Source: Octopus vulgaris (lineage: Eukaryota). From it: a stretch of DNA of 64,000 nt. The notes beneath the pieces were generated by a model, which was given only the letters and a program-made list of their open reading frames with translations, ran no database searches and had not been told where the DNA came from. Below are positions 1-13,829 of this stretch, piece after piece. The DNA lies in the NCBI GenBank assembly GCA_951406725.2, contig OX597818.1, forward strand, positions 127,410,001 to 127,474,000, given 5' to 3'. The position numbers and the translations under genes were made by a program. Positions within the stretch are counted from its first letter, which is position 1, and every line of letters begins with the position of its first letter.

Positions 1-48
<48 letters not shown>

Positions 49-410
49 AAATAAGCTTGTGTATACAAGCGCACATGGATGTGAATGTATATGAATCAAG
101 TTTGTCTCTGTGTGTGTGTGAGCGAGTTTACACGCATATGCCCACATATTGTGTGTATATGTGAGTCATTATGAACATGAGTGTATACTTGTGCTTCTGT
201 GCGTATAAAGAGAGACATGTACACATGGCTCTCTCTACTACTCATTTTTGCCAGCCGAGTGGACTGGAGCAACATAATATAAAGTGTCTTGCTCAAGGAC
301 ACAACGCGAGAAAAGACATAGAATAACGCTCTTGGCATTAATCTGGAAGCTCGAAGACGAAAACATATTTACATACTTATATACATACATACGTACGTAC
401 GTACATCTAT

Positions 411-960
411 CCATACATACATACATACATACATATATACATACATACACACACACACACATACATGCATACATACATACATACACACACACATACATAC
501 ATACATACACACACATACATACATACATACATACACACATACACATACATACATACATACATACACACACATACATACATACATACATACATACATACAC
601 ACACATACACACATACATACATACATACATACACACATACACATACATACATACATACATACACACACACATACACACACACATACATACATACACACAC
701 ATACATACATACATACATACATACATACACACACACATATATACATACATACACACACACATACATACATATACACATATACATACATACATACACATAC
801 ATACATACATACATACATACATACATACATACATACACACACACATATATACATACATACACACACACATACATACATACACACATATACATACATACAT
901 ACACACACACATACATACATACATACATACAAACGTACATACATACTTGCATACATACAT
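411..960. repeat. Compound (CATA)n/(CA)n microsatellite
   Basis: Direct inspection; source of the HTYI/MYVC pseudo-ORFs. Confidence 0.95.
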
Positions 961-1421
961 GCGTACGCACACACGTACCTAAGTACATCCATCCATCCAT
1001 ACATACATACGTGTGTACATACATAGTAAACGCATGCATTCTCCGGATACATTGAATCAGATGAATAGTAAAAGTCTGTAAAACACTTCAGTGATTCTCC
1101 ATTTGAGGCTGCTGGCTGAATATAGGCACGCAACTACACAAGCATATGGAATATACTTTGAAGCACACACATAAACAGCAATGAAACTTGCGTTCTGTTA
1201 TGACAAACATACTGACAATGGGTGCGAGTTTATCCACACGCACACGTATCCATTAACTAATTCAGTAAGCGCTGACCACAAGAACTGTCATGACTTAAAG
1301 ACAAGGGCCTTGCCACTTCGTTAGTGACCGGCTTGAAAAGGCAAAAGAAAAATAATCAGAAAAAACTTCAAATAATCCGAAAGAAACATACATACTTACA
1401 CACATACACACACACACACAC

Positions 1422-1423
<2 letters not shown>

Positions 1424-1500
<77 letters not shown>
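1424..1500. repeat. (GATA)n microsatellite
   Basis: Direct inspection. Confidence 0.95.
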
Positions 1501-1700
1501 TTTAAATAACGAGGGTGATAAATGGAATATTAATTTAATTAATATCAATTCATATCAATCCACTAAGTGGACATCCAATATGCTAGAAGAAGATCACATT
1601 CGATCTAACTACAAAGAAAAGAATGTTCTCTAGAGAAATTCAGCAAACACCAGAACATAAGCGGGTAAGACAGATGAAAATATATAAAAATCCAGAATTA

Positions 1701-1773
1701 ATCGTAGACCGGTTTCGTCTATTACCGATAATGACTTACGTAATTTTTTCGTCCGTAGACTCTTCAGTACGAT
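1701..1773 (-). ncRNA. Minimal type I hammerhead ribozyme, intact core
   Basis: AUCGUA-CUGAAGA-GUCUA...UAGAC-GAAA-CCG-GUC-UACGAU: 6-bp stem I, stem II, palindromic CCGG stem III, GUC site. Confidence 0.8.
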
Positions 1774-2122
1774 CGTTCAAATTGGTTATCCACTTAGTGG
1801 TTATCCCTAAATATACGCATGTATTACAATTTTTTTCTGATTTTTCAGATTTTTCTATATGCTAGGCTACTGGTTTTAAATTGATATTAATTAAATTAAT
1901 ATTCAATTTATCACCCTCGTTATCTAAATTTTAAATGATAATGTTCTCTAATCGGCATCATTAACTGCAGTAAATTATCTACTGCGGAACTGTTTCCGGA
2001 ATTTAGCGCGGCAGAACTTAGACATTTGAAAATAACCCCAATGTAATAGTAGAACTATGCACATGTCTAATTTTATAAAGACAACTAGTGTTTAGTTCTG
2101 CAAATTATATTGAATTGGAACG

Positions 2123-2194
2123 ATCGTACTAAAGAGTCTACGGACTAAAAAATTACGTAAGTAATTTCGGTAATAGACGAAACAGGTCTACGAT
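2123..2194 (+). ncRNA. Inverted copy of the same hammerhead, probably inactive (G5A)
   Basis: AUCGUA-CUAAAGA-GUCUA...UAGAC-GAAA-CAG-GUC-UACGAU. Confidence 0.65.
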
Positions 2195-2505
2195 TAATTC
2201 TGGATTTTTATATATTTTCATCTGTCTTACCCGCTTATGTTCTGGTGTTTGCTGAATTTCTCTAGAGAACATTCTTTTCTTTATAGATTAGAGTTCCTTT
2301 CTGATAGATTTTTTCCTCTTATCTGAGATAAGAGGAAAAAATCTATCAGAAAGGAACTCTAATCTTTTGATAAGCATAACAAATGCGCAACCGGTAAAAA
2401 GAACTTTCACCTAATTAAATTACTTAAATTACTTAAATTATTTTGTCAGCATTTTCTTCATTTCCTTTTTTATATATCACAACTCGTGTTCCACATCTTC
2501 TTTTT

Positions 2506-2566
<61 letters not shown>

Positions 2567-2765
2567 CAAAGATAGAACAGAAACAACACAACAAACAGAA
2601 GCCATCACAACACAACATGCGGAAAAAAGGACGATAGCACGACAACGGCAAACCGGACAAAACAAGATACAAGATACACGGTTCATTCGCAGCCAATTAC
2701 CGCTTCAGTCGGAGTCCGGGATGTCTTAGTAGTTTCTCCCACTTATCTCCGATACTGCTACTACT

Positions 2766-2828
<63 letters not shown>

Positions 2829-3045
2829 TTTATTGTGAGTTATGAATAAACTGAACGATTACTCAATTTGTAAAGTGCAGCCTCATAGAGATGCAAATAA
2901 AAATTGCATTACTTTCTGACTCAACCTCGTATTTATTATAGTAGACAAGTTACGGTAATTGGAATTCTTCATCGAATACTCCGATGAAGGCTAGCAGACT
3001 GAAACTTCGCAGTCACTGTCACCATTCTTCTTGGAAAAGTATTAT

Positions 3046-3105
<60 letters not shown>

Positions 3106-3196
3106 GATAACAAGTCGTAATGTTTATGCTTGGTAGCTTACCGGTAAAGCACGTTCATTTTCACAGTGTTCGTTGTGTATTGACCATATATATATA

Positions 3197-3431
3197 CCGG
3201 AGTAAACACATAAATGTGAAACAAGGTGGAAAAAAGAGTACTCAAATACCAGAGGTAGAGTAATATGCTTTATTTAAAAGCAGCAAAAATTTAACAAAAA
3301 CTGTTACTCGGAGTTTCACGTTCCCGTTCGTCGGACAGTTTTGTTGAAAAAAAAACTGTCCGACGAACGGGAACGGGAACGGGAAACTCTGAGTAACAGC
3401 TTTTGTTAAATTTCTGCTGCTTTTAAATAAA

Positions 3432-3432
<1 letters not shown>
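3197..3432. mobile_element. Fold-back short element in (TA)n with two opposed hammerheads (- 3293-3345; + 3352-3404)
   Basis: Minus strand AAAACUGU-CCGACGA-ACG GGAA CGU-GAAA-CUCCGA-GUA-ACAGUUUU, followed by AATAAA. Same family at 34806 and 62170. Confidence 0.7.
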
Positions 3433-3488
<56 letters not shown>

Positions 3489-3953
3489 TGCGTATAAAGA
3501 GAAAACATTAAATAGATTGAAAGTCAAAAAGACATTTAAAAACTTACTTTTGCTATCGGTGATTTACTTCTTTTATAAGCCTGGGAGAGAAGTCACTTGT
3601 CCGGAAAAAGCTGTGTGTGATGGCTGTAGAGAAGGTGAGACTTCGAACAAAGATCGAACAAATGTACAAGTACAATTGAATATTGCTGCTTCTGTTGGGG
3701 GATTAAGTGTCTCCTTTTATAAAAAGTTTAAAAAATAGCCTACCTACATATCTACCTGTCAGCATACGCCACGCAGTATCGTGCAGTTTTTACTGTCGTA
3801 AATCAAAAGTATCACAACACATTCATTACCGCCAGCGACACCAAGAACACCCCCACTACGAAGACAAGGAAATAAACAATAACTACACCCTCCACCATCA
3901 CTACCACCACCAGAACTACAAACATATGTTTCCAAAGATCAGGATAAATTCCT

Positions 3954-4036
<83 letters not shown>

Positions 4037-4383
4037 GGCAGGCAGAAGGGAGGGAAAGTGAGAAATTTTAGGGATAGTAGCTATGCTTGTTTGAAACTGT
4101 TGTTGTTGTTATTTAACCATAGGCTGGATTTGATTGAGAAGATCTATAATCGAAAACTTGTCATAAATGACCATGTTGCCTGTTGTTTTCAGTTGTCAAC
4201 TGTCCAATACTACATCATAGAAGGCAGCTTTAGCTGCAATAAAATCTATGGTGGCAGAGCATTATTTAATGTTAAATTTGACTGTTATTTCCAGCAAACC
4301 ATGCGACAACGTAGAGGCTTTCTTGTTGGCTGGAAATGCAAAGGTTTTCGCACTTACCCTATAGAGAAATACACACACACACG

Positions 4384-4437
<54 letters not shown>

Positions 4438-4444
4438 CACACAA

Positions 4445-4485
<41 letters not shown>

Positions 4486-4497
4486 CACGCACACACG

Positions 4498-4692
4498 CGA
4501 GGGCGTGCCGAAAAGTTCGCGAAAGGCCTGGTTGGAGGCCCAACCTTCTGAGTTCTTTTACAGGGTTTAGAAAAACTGAAGGGCCACTGCAATAAATATG
4601 CGGATCTGAGAGGGAAATATGTTCAATAAAATCATGATCAACTGATCCTCCTGCAATATCTTTTACCCAAGAACCTTTCAGCCATACACTCG
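4498..4692 (+). mobile_element. Mariner-derived MITE carrying the transposase C-terminus
   Basis: CGAGG..AAAAGTTC and ...CTCGTA ends; WLEAQPSEFFYRG-like coding remnant. Second copy at 46881-47538 (-). Confidence 0.6.
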
Positions 4693-5193
4693 TATGTATG
4701 TGTGTATGTATGTATGTATGTATGTATGTATGTATGTATGTATGTATGTATGTATGTATGCATGCATGCATGTATGTATGTATGCATGCATGCATGTATG
4801 TATGTATGTATGTATGTATGTATGTATGTGTGTATGTATGATTGTATGCACGTATGTATGTATATATGTATGTATGCATGTATGTATGTATGTATGTATG
4901 TATGTATGTATGTATGCATGTATATATGCATGTATGTATGTATGTATGCATGCATGCATGTATGTATGTATGTATGTATGCATGCATGCATGTATGTATG
5001 GATGTATGTATGTATGTACGTATGTATGTATGTATGTATGCATGTATGTATGTATGTATGTATGCATGCATGCATGCATGTATGTATGTATGCATGCATG
5101 TATGTATTATGTATGTATGTATGTATGTATGTATGCATGCATGTATGTATGTATGTATGCATGCATGCATGTATGTATGTGTATGTATGTATG

Positions 5194-5222
<29 letters not shown>
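4693..5222. repeat. (TATG)n microsatellite with CATG variants
   Basis: Direct inspection. Confidence 0.95.
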
Positions 5223-5224
<2 letters not shown>

Positions 5225-5904
5225 GGCAAATAAGAAAATGGAGGGGATATAAAATATATATACACATCCAGCAATTCGTTTACTTGTACCCCTTAAACAC
5301 GTTTATTATCATTTAATAAATAGATATAATGGAATGTTTACAGGCTGATGTTTGTAGATTTTATATCCCCTCCATTTTCTTATTTGCATATAAATCCTGG
5401 ATAAATTTCCAATTTACCCCCACCCGTACCTAGTATTCAATTGCAATATTGCCATGCAATAGTAAGCACTTTGTTAAAATACGTAGGTACACATCCAGTA
5501 GTATATTGGATATTTAATATCCTTTAGATGGTTTCTTAACCTCTAACTCATACAGACATATATATATATATATATTTAATATAGGATAAAATTTTTTTCG
5601 AAAAAAAAAATTTTATCAATGGCCAGCGTATTAAAAAATACCTTTAAAGGTTAAAATTATATAAACAATTTATAAATAAGGGCAAACAAAAAAATTTCTA
5701 ATGCCAAATATGCCGAAAATTGGACATATTATCCATTACCATATAATTTATCACAATACGCACGCTACTCGAAAAAAAGCCTACAGAAATTTCTAAAAAA
5801 TTCCATTATTACCATATCGGACCGATTTCAGGGTTAGTTCGTGAGATGTCCAATTTTTGGCATATTTGGCATTAGAAATTTTTTCGTTTGCCCTTATTTA
5901 TAAG

Positions 5905-5944
<40 letters not shown>

Positions 5945-5997
5945 TTTGTTTTAGAAAAACATAAAACGGAGAAAAAGCACTGGTGAAGGCCTGTTTA

Positions 5998-6057
5998 TAG
6001 GGTTACATGGAGTTTCTCGTCATAAAGAGTATCTTTACGTCGTATCATCAGACCCTA
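5998..6057 (-). ncRNA. Minimal type I hammerhead ribozyme
   Basis: UAGGGU-CUGAUGA-(hairpin ...CGUAAAGA uac UCUUUAUG...)-GAAA-CUCCAU-GUA-ACCCUA; 6-bp stem I. Confidence 0.7.
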
Positions 6058-6778
6058 AGACTTGTTGGCCTATGGCCTCTTTAGAGTATGGAGGGGAAAA
6101 CGAACAGGATATAAACATATAAACATTGGGCGTTATCTCCCTCTTCTGGTGGTCACCGGCTTCCGGCTAAGGCTTTCATATTTATATATATGTATATATT
6201 GTGATAAGACTGAGGAAATGGAGTGGATTTTGATATACATTTACAGGAAGTGTAAAATATTGAGCTCGATAACGGCGAATCGGTAAATTCGACAGAGAGT
6301 TGGATAAAAAGCCTTGGGTGAGTCTATTCTGAGTTTTAACTTCAAATCTTGTAGAGGGCTTCTTTACTTTTCGTCCTTTTTAGAATCGATAAATATGTTG
6401 GAATCCGTGGCGAGCGTTTGGTAGAACTTATAGATCATCGGACAGAATGGTTCGTGATGTCTCTTGTGTTTTTTTGTGTGCGTTCTGGTAGCAATGCTTT
6501 TAATAACACTGGTACCAAACTGTATCGCCCCTAAAGTGGTAACATTTCCCACAGAGAAAGTCGGGAGCCGCGGAGAGAGGAGACATACCTGCATGTGCAA
6601 CTGCCTGTATTTTATTTTTTTACAAAAGCTTGTCTTAGGCCTGCGCATACAAGTGTTGAGATATATGATCAACTCTGACCGATGGAATTCTTATATCAAT
6701 TGGATGCAAATCGAACAGCAAACGTTGAAGCATCACTCACGGAAATACTGCTTATAGAACAATCATGGTTAAGGAGTG

Positions 6779-7070
6779 TGGAGACACATGGCCTAGTGGT
6801 TAGAGTAGCGGACCTCGCGGTCGAGGGATCGTAGGTTCGAATCTCAGACCGGGCGATGTGTGTGTTTATGAGCGAAACACCTAAGCTCCACGCGGCTCTG
6901 GCAGAAGGTCATGGCGAACTTCTGCTGACTCTTTCGCCACAACTTTCTCTCACCCTTATCTTGCAGCTCACCTGCGACGGACCGGCATCCCGTCCAGGTG
7001 GGGAACCTATACGCCAAGGAAACCGGGAAACCGGCCCTTATGAGCCAGGCATGCCTTGAGAAGGAACAAA
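6779..7070 (+). mobile_element. SINE with a family-A head and a different 3' tail
   Basis: 15-bp TSD CATGGTTAAGGAGTG; A/B boxes; tail CCTGCGACGGACCGGCATCCCGTCCAGG. Confidence 0.8.
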
Positions 7071-10000
7071 CATGGTTAAGGAGTGGTAGATAACAGGATT
7101 CCGAAAACCTTGTAGAAACTATTTTCACGCGGAAACAGGGCTGGTTATAGATTGAGGGACGTGAGTGTTAGAAGGCCGTACAATGTACTGATGTTTATTT
7201 TGCTTCTTGAATAGTAGTCTTGCATGAGTAGCAGAGGTGAATAAAGCTCACCCATTTGTCCCAAGTGTTATAGGAAGGGTTTCTAAGAGTGAGGTTCAGC
7301 CTGTACATCGGTTCGGGGTTCAGAGGATTACTGAGTGGCCCGTAACTATCGGCTGGGTCTTACTCTAAAATAGAAAAAAAAATTTTTTGAATTTTGAGTC
7401 TCACTCTACGGCTCCAGAAGATGTTTTGTCCTGCATTTCCAAATTTCTATCGTAGGACTAGTTAATAAGCAACGTTCTTCGCCTATACAGCTTCCGCATA
7501 ACTACGTGCGAGCAATTTTTAGATAATTGGAGCCATGATGGGATCATGGGCTCTTTGAGTATTGTAGATGGAGATGCATTAGAGAATCGTTTTAGTCCTC
7601 TGATGGAAGGGTGAGGAATGAAGTACAGCTGCAGCGTAAAACTAACGACGCTCTGACATATCTGCTATACTGAAGATCAGATGCAGAGACCGTGATGGTT
7701 TGTTAGAGACTAAGTTGGCGGCAAGTTAGAGAGGGATCTGTGTATCGATTAGGGATGCATTACAGGATGATAGCAAATTGATATAGAATCATGCCTCCAG
7801 TAAAAGTGTATGAAATTTTGCCTTTTCAGTTGTAATCTTGTTCGTACAACTCTGTATTAACATGCTATACCATATCTATTGTTGTAGTTCGGAAGTACCA
7901 TTTCTGCGAATAAATTAAAACTGTTATGGCAGAATAGTTAGCACGCTGGACAAAATGCTTATCGACATTTCGCCCGTCTTTACTGAGTTCAAATTCCGCC
8001 GAGGTCGACTTTGCGTTTCATCCTTTCGGGATCGATAAAATATGTACCAGTCTCGCACTGGGTTCGATGTGATCGACTAGCCCCCTAATAACCCAAAATT
8101 TCAGGCCTTGTGACTATTGCAGAAAGGAATAAATTAAAACACTTTACCGAGTGTTATTAGTATATTTCTTTACTTGTCTACGACCTATGCCTTTACTTAT
8201 TTCTAAAACACAGTTTCCAAGGAATTTGTGAATCAAAATCTTTGATAACATCCAATATCACAATTTCACTCCTTACACGCTAATGTAGCCGATGCATTCT
8301 CTATAATTTCAGTTATTCTCTTACTGCTGTCGGTTGCTGAACTGTAGTCGTGCTGCTAAACACGCACACACATTCATTTAAACACACACACACAAACAAA
8401 CAACCGCCAAACTTCCACTATGTTGTTTTCAATCAAATTTCATTAACAATTTTTGATTGATTCTATGAGATGGTAGAAAACACTTGCCCAAACTGCCACC
8501 AATGAGACTGAACTCGAGATCCAACAATTACGAAGTAAACTGTTCGTTCAGATAGGCTGCATCCTTTTGGTTAATGTTATTTATTTATTTATTTATTCTA
8601 ATTGATATCAGGCCCTGACTTGGGAAGAATCACATGAAGAAGAATGTAACTCTACTATAACAACTTCTATAGCAAGAGTGAAAAAAAAGGGTAAAGACAC
8701 CCTTCGGTTATGAATGATCATAGGATTGCACCTTGAAAATTCCCTTCCGAGGGCAAGGTTGTTTATGGAAGACCAGCAGTTGCCCATGCATACCAGCCTC
8801 CCCTTTCCACGTTGCTGATGTTATCCAAAGGAAAGGCAAAGGCCGATACAGTTTGGCACCAGTGACGTCGCAACTCATTTCTACAGCTGAGAGAACTGGA
8901 AAAACGTGAAACAAAGTGTCTTGCTCAAGAGTACAACACACTGCCCGGTCCGGGAATCGAACTCACTATCTAACGAGTGTGAGCCCGATGCTCTCCCCAC
9001 TGAGCCATGGGCCTTCACATAAGCAAGAGTAAGAGAAACAGTAATGTGGTTACTGATTCAGTGTTCTCTCTTTATAAAGTGTTCTCTCTAAACTAAACTT
9101 TAGTTTAGAAAATTCCCTCACTAAATACGTTATATATTTTCTTTTAACGATTTACTGGGTTGTTGATAATCTGTTTGGTACCTGTTAAACAGGCGAAAGA
9201 TAAATCAATTCCTGGATAGAATACTTGACTAACACATGAAACATTTCGTAGTAGAGGAATTGAACTTAGACCTGCAAACCAACAGGTCACTTGATAATTT
9301 TTACTATCATGCTACTGTCCGTAATGAAAAATTACACCATGATATAGTACCTATTTTCAGCTACGTAAACTGGGCTGTTGTGAGTTGAGTGTCTCGTCCA
9401 TAAAAATAATGCAGTCGTAGTGACAAGTCATAAACGGTTGATTTATCAGGTTATTTAACAAGCTGCTGACTTTTTCGCCAGTTGTCTATCCCGTTGTATT
9501 TCTTTAGCGTACTTAAATAAATTAGATTTGGAAATAAATTGCATCCAACGTCATGTCTTCAATGCGAATATTGAATTACAATGGAAAAAAAAAGTAACAT
9601 GTGTTTAAAAAGAATTAACTTTATGTATCTTATGTTAAGCTGAAATAGTGTTAGAAGGCTATTATCATAATTAGCAAAACTAATAATCATAGCTGTTTGG
9701 TCAAGAAGTTCGCTTCACGAATATTTGGTCCCTATTTCGATCCTACGACTCGGCACCCAAGACCAGCTGATGGAGTTTATAATGCAAAGACATTTACGTT
9801 CCCGTTGCTTTTTCATCACAATTCCATCGCTTAAATAAGGATATTAAACTTTCGATGAAGTTATTTTTTAATTTCTAGAAGAGATCTCCCTAATTTCTTT
9901 GAGATACGCTAGGGTTTTATTTTCTTTCTCCAACTAAAAGGCAAATTTCTGTTCATTACGGATTTTGTTCTTTCACGTCATTCGGTTAGATAAACATTTC

Positions 10001-10080
10001 TCTGAAATATTCTGCCATAACTTCAGTTTGCACATTCCTTTGTATGTGGAAAGAGATAGGCAGAAACTGTGAAGAAGCTG

Positions 10081-10112
<32 letters not shown>

Positions 10113-10117
<5 letters not shown>

Positions 10118-10450
10118 CAAAATGGGACAAGAACGCAAAACATCCGGACAACTAGGTGATACAAAAAGGGGACAACAAAACATCTAGAAAGACGATACAA
10201 AAAAAAAACAAGGACGGGTCATTCGAAGTTTTCTATCTTCAGTCAAGAACCAGATTATCCTCGCAATTTCGGCTGATTATTCTTGAGATTGCTCCAGTCT
10301 GGCCACCCCCAAGGAAAAACTAAGCTAAGAGCATTAGATTCCTTGGAAGAAAGCAGCGAATGTATACAAAAACAAGGACGGAAAAAATGGACAGTGTTAC
10401 ACAAATATATTTGTGCAACATTGTCCGTTTTTTCCGTCCTTGTGTAACAC
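10113..10450. repeat. Dispersed (TA)n-associated repeat; copies ~2545-2760, 17447-17615, 21020-21300
   Basis: Shared GGACGGGTCATTCGAAG...TTTCGGCTG body. This copy ends in a hairpin (10371-10443). Possibly a Penelope-like fragment. Confidence 0.55.
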
Positions 10451-10655
10451 TGTATTGTATCTATGTTTTTACGAAAGCATGTATGCAGCGTCGCGTGTAT
10501 ATGACAACTGTATTAATGTTACCATCCCATTACCACCGCTGTTCTTGTCTTCACTGATATAAGTCACCCTTCACTCTGTTACTACCTTTCCCTCAGATTA
10601 ATACTTTTTGCAGCCTTTTCATTTTGTCATATAGTTCGCCCAACGCCCCTGGAGG

Positions 10656-10979
10656 CAAACCTGGATTAACCCATTAAGCAAAATAAGCACGTGCTTAGGG
10701 CATCAAGGGACTGTGGTACCACAGAATTGAAAATGGTTTACGCACGAAAGAAATCACTCTAAGCTTGCTAAAATAATATTCATAATGCCTTATCTCTACT
10801 AAGTGTAGAAGCAGAAGTCTTACGTAAAATTAATTTGAACGATATCATCGAACACCTTGCAATTAAAAAACATTATTTTATTATTTATTATCGTTTACAT
10901 TTTGAACCATTTACATATACTTTAGGGCAGCAAAACCATATAAGTGCTTAGAGGCTCTATGGGTCTTAATCCGGCCCTG
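10656..10979 (+). mobile_element. Non-autonomous hAT element
   Basis: 8-bp TSD CCTGGAGG/CCTGGTGG; imperfect TIR ...GGATTAA / TTAATCCGGCCCTG; internal NALSLLSVEAEVLRKINLNDIIEHLAIKK resembles the hAT dimerisation domain. Confidence 0.7.
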
Positions 10980-11310
10980 CCTGGTGGGCATATTATAGAT
11001 TTTTATTGAAATCCAATTAGCCTATTATTGAACTGGATGTTAGTGTAACATGTATGCAAAGTTTCATATATATATATCACTCATTACCTCCCCTTATTTA
11101 GAACTCTTTTAAACATAAGCATAACGATAACTCTATTCAACATAAACATAACGTCGCAAGTAATTTGAAAAGCTAAACGCGAAACCGGTCTTTCTTCTAA
11201 ACTATGTCAATGTAAGAGAAAAATTTTTTTTTAATATTCTTCAGACATATTGACGCAAATATATATTTTTTTTTAACCTTTAAGCCTTCTGTAGTTTTTT
11301 CACTTTTTAC

Positions 11311-11391
<81 letters not shown>

Positions 11392-11429
11392 TGTATGTAT
11401 GTATGTATGTATGTATGTATGTATGTATG

Positions 11430-11460
<31 letters not shown>

Positions 11461-12582
11461 ATGCATGTATGTGTGTGTGTGTGTTATACATACGTATGTA
11501 TGTATCTCATATTTTACTGGAATTTTCTTATTATCATTTAATAAATAGATATAATGGAATGTTTACTGGCTGATGTTTGTTGATTTTATATCCTCTCCAT
11601 TTTCTTATTTGCATATAAATCCTGAATAAATTTCCAATTTACCCCCACCCATATTCACTTGCAATATTGCCATGCAATAGTAAGCGCTCGTGTGTATATG
11701 TGTGTGTGTGTGTGTTTATTTCTCTATAGGGTAAGTGCGAAAACCTCTCCATTCACCAGCTAACAAGAAAGCCTCTACGCTGTCGCATGTATCTTATGTT
11801 TTATTGGAATTTTCCACCAGTATTCTTAATTTCTGAAGGTGTGGATACATTCCGGTCACGGTTTATCTTTAGTATGATCATCAGAACAATCTTTCCTGAT
11901 GATAACTTTGTAGACGGTTTTAACGATAATGTTATGTTGTATGGGAAGGTAGTTTCTTGCGGCATTTTGAACAGCTGATGTGGGTGATATCCTCCATGCT
12001 GGTATGTCGCAATCAAAATTACCTATCACGACGTAGAGGTCTAAGGACATCCCTATCTCTCTTCTTGTTCAGGTATTTAATATCAATCTGCCATTCTTAG
12101 CAAAGACATACCCTTCTGGATGAGATGAGATGAGGTATATCTATCACAGGCCCAAGAGAGGTTCCTGTCAGTGTTGAATGTATTCTCTAGATTGCAGGGT
12201 ATGTATGCACCCATGTGTAACTTTCTGCTATGATGTGTGTTTCTGTTTAAGGAGGTTCGTTCAGTAACCTTTGGTTCAAATGGAACAGTTGTACACTTAG
12301 ATAACCGCCTTATGTGTTATTCACCTAATCTATTGATATGATTTTTGCTGTTGAATACAAACACGATGCTCTCATCTCACATTCTTTTTTAGCTCAGTAA
12401 CTAATGTCTAAATGATGTGATGCAGCACTTAAAGACCGTCTCAGCTAGTTTTATGCTCTTACTGCCATCCTTTCCTTTAACATATATCCTGTCAGTGTCA
12501 CTGGTAATTTGGAAGTTGCCAGTGGTCATCGGTATCTTTCTCGTTTTGGTGTTCAGCCACAAGTCTCTTCTAGTACCCAGTA

Positions 12583-13462
12583 TACGAGGTGAACTGAAAG
12601 TTCATAGTCTAACTATGAAGGAGAGATGCTAGAACTGTGAAATCTTGTATGTATTAATTTCAACTATTCTTATTCATAACTTCATTGTTTCTTTCCAGAT
12701 AAACTGACATAATGCCTGTTCAAAGAACACTTGAAAATTAACTAGCAGCGACATCGCTCGAAAACCGAAGAAATTTGGCATCAAGTACCTGTAGAAAAAG
12801 GGTTTAGCCTCCAATGGGATGACCATCCAGCTTTATCAACAGAACAAAGGTGGGCAGCTGGATTTAGGAAGAGAAGGGAAAGTGTCGAAGATAACCCTAT
12901 ATCTGGACGTCCTGCAACTGTTACATTGATGATCATTACTTTTGTTCACCACATGGTGATAGATGACAGGCGATTGACTATAAATCAAATAGCCAATGCT
13001 ATTAGCATATCTCTTGAGAGAGTTGAGAATATTTTGTAAAATGAACTTGGCACGACGAAGGTTTCTATTCGGCAAGTGCCACGTCTTCTGACACCTGGTC
13101 AAAAACGCACCTGGCTGATCACATCAAGGTAAAATCTGACATTGTTTCAGGCAGATTCAGCTGGTTTCCTTCAATGTTTCCGAAGCCAGAATGAGTGTTG
13201 GCCTCATCAATTTGGTAAGGGACAACGACACAATCCATGCGTGGAAATACCTTCAAAGAAGGCCAAGGTCGTTTAATCTGCAGGGAAGGTGATGGACTCA
13301 GTTTTGGGGTGGGGAACGCAAAAGGCATTGTGTTTACTATCTTCAAACGGGCCACATTATCAATAGAGAGCACTATGCCAACTTACTAAGACATTTGCGA
13401 AAGGCCCAGGAAAATTGACGAAAGGGCTTTTGCTTCATCGGGGCCATGCTCCAGCACACAAG
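12583..13462 (+). mobile_element. Decayed mariner transposon, 5' part
   Basis: TACGAGG...AAAGTTC TIR. Translated RWAAGFRKRRESVEDNPISGRP, DDRRLTINQIA, QVPRLLTP, SAGKVM, APAHKS, with stops and frameshifts. Confidence 0.8.
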
Positions 13463-13829
13463 TCGTAGGATCGCGGTTTCGATTCCCAGACCGGGCGTTG
13501 TGAGTGTTTATTGAGCGAAAACACCTAAAAGCTCCACGAGGCTCCGGCAGGGGATGGTGGTGATCCCTGCTGTTCTCTTTCACCACAACTTTCTCTCTCT
13601 CTCTTACTTCCTGCTTCTGTTGTACCTGTATTTCAAGGGGCCGGCCTTGTCACTCTCTGTGTCACGCTGAATATCCCCGAGAACTACGTTAAGGGTGCAC
13701 GTGTCTGTGGAGTGCTCAGCCACTTACACGTTCATTTCACGAGCAGGCTGTTCCGTTGATTCGGATCAACCGGAACCCTTGTCGTCGGAACCGACGGAGT
13801 GCTTCCACAGCTGGCATTCATCATTAGAG

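Larger units (their letters stand above)
1501..2470. mobile_element. Penelope-like terminal-repeat fragment with nested inverted duplications
   Basis: Inverted repeats 1501-1550/1879-1929 and ~1615-1778/2118-2282, and a near-perfect hairpin ~2286-2364. Carries hammerheads, including a decayed UUGAUAA...GCAACCGGUA at 2364-2401. Flanked by (GATA)n and (TA)n. Confidence 0.55.

Noticed and set aside
238-1133. Long ORFs of HTYI/MYVC repeats (also 3707-5316, 14182-15132, 20270-20848, 28021-28585)
   Set aside because: Stop-free translations of (CATA)n/(TA)n/(CA)n microsatellites, open in several frames on both strands.
1030-1133. Minus-strand stretch LRAYIQPAASNGESLKCFTDFYYSSDSMYPENAC after a TGTAG
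   Set aside because: Looks coding, but the splice sites are weak, there is no recognisable homology, and it is not phase-compatible with the 22140 exon.
2975-3020. Further hammerhead-like cores (also ~15160-15225, ~26010-26055, ~26305-26360)
   Set aside because: Cores and stems too degenerate to call individually.
7871-7903. Possible minus-strand micro-exon after TTATTCGCAG
   Set aside because: Short, weak donor, no homology support.
10212-10290. HDV-like or hammerhead ribozyme in the 10113 repeat family (CUGAAGA...CGAAUG; UCCUCGC)
   Set aside because: Could not assemble stem I/GAAA for a hammerhead, nor P1.1/P2/P4 for HDV.
11730-12580. Coding-like unique DNA (VVIGNFD...), also 17940-18300 and 63330-63660
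   Set aside because: Multiple stops and no convincing motif; probably old TE debris.
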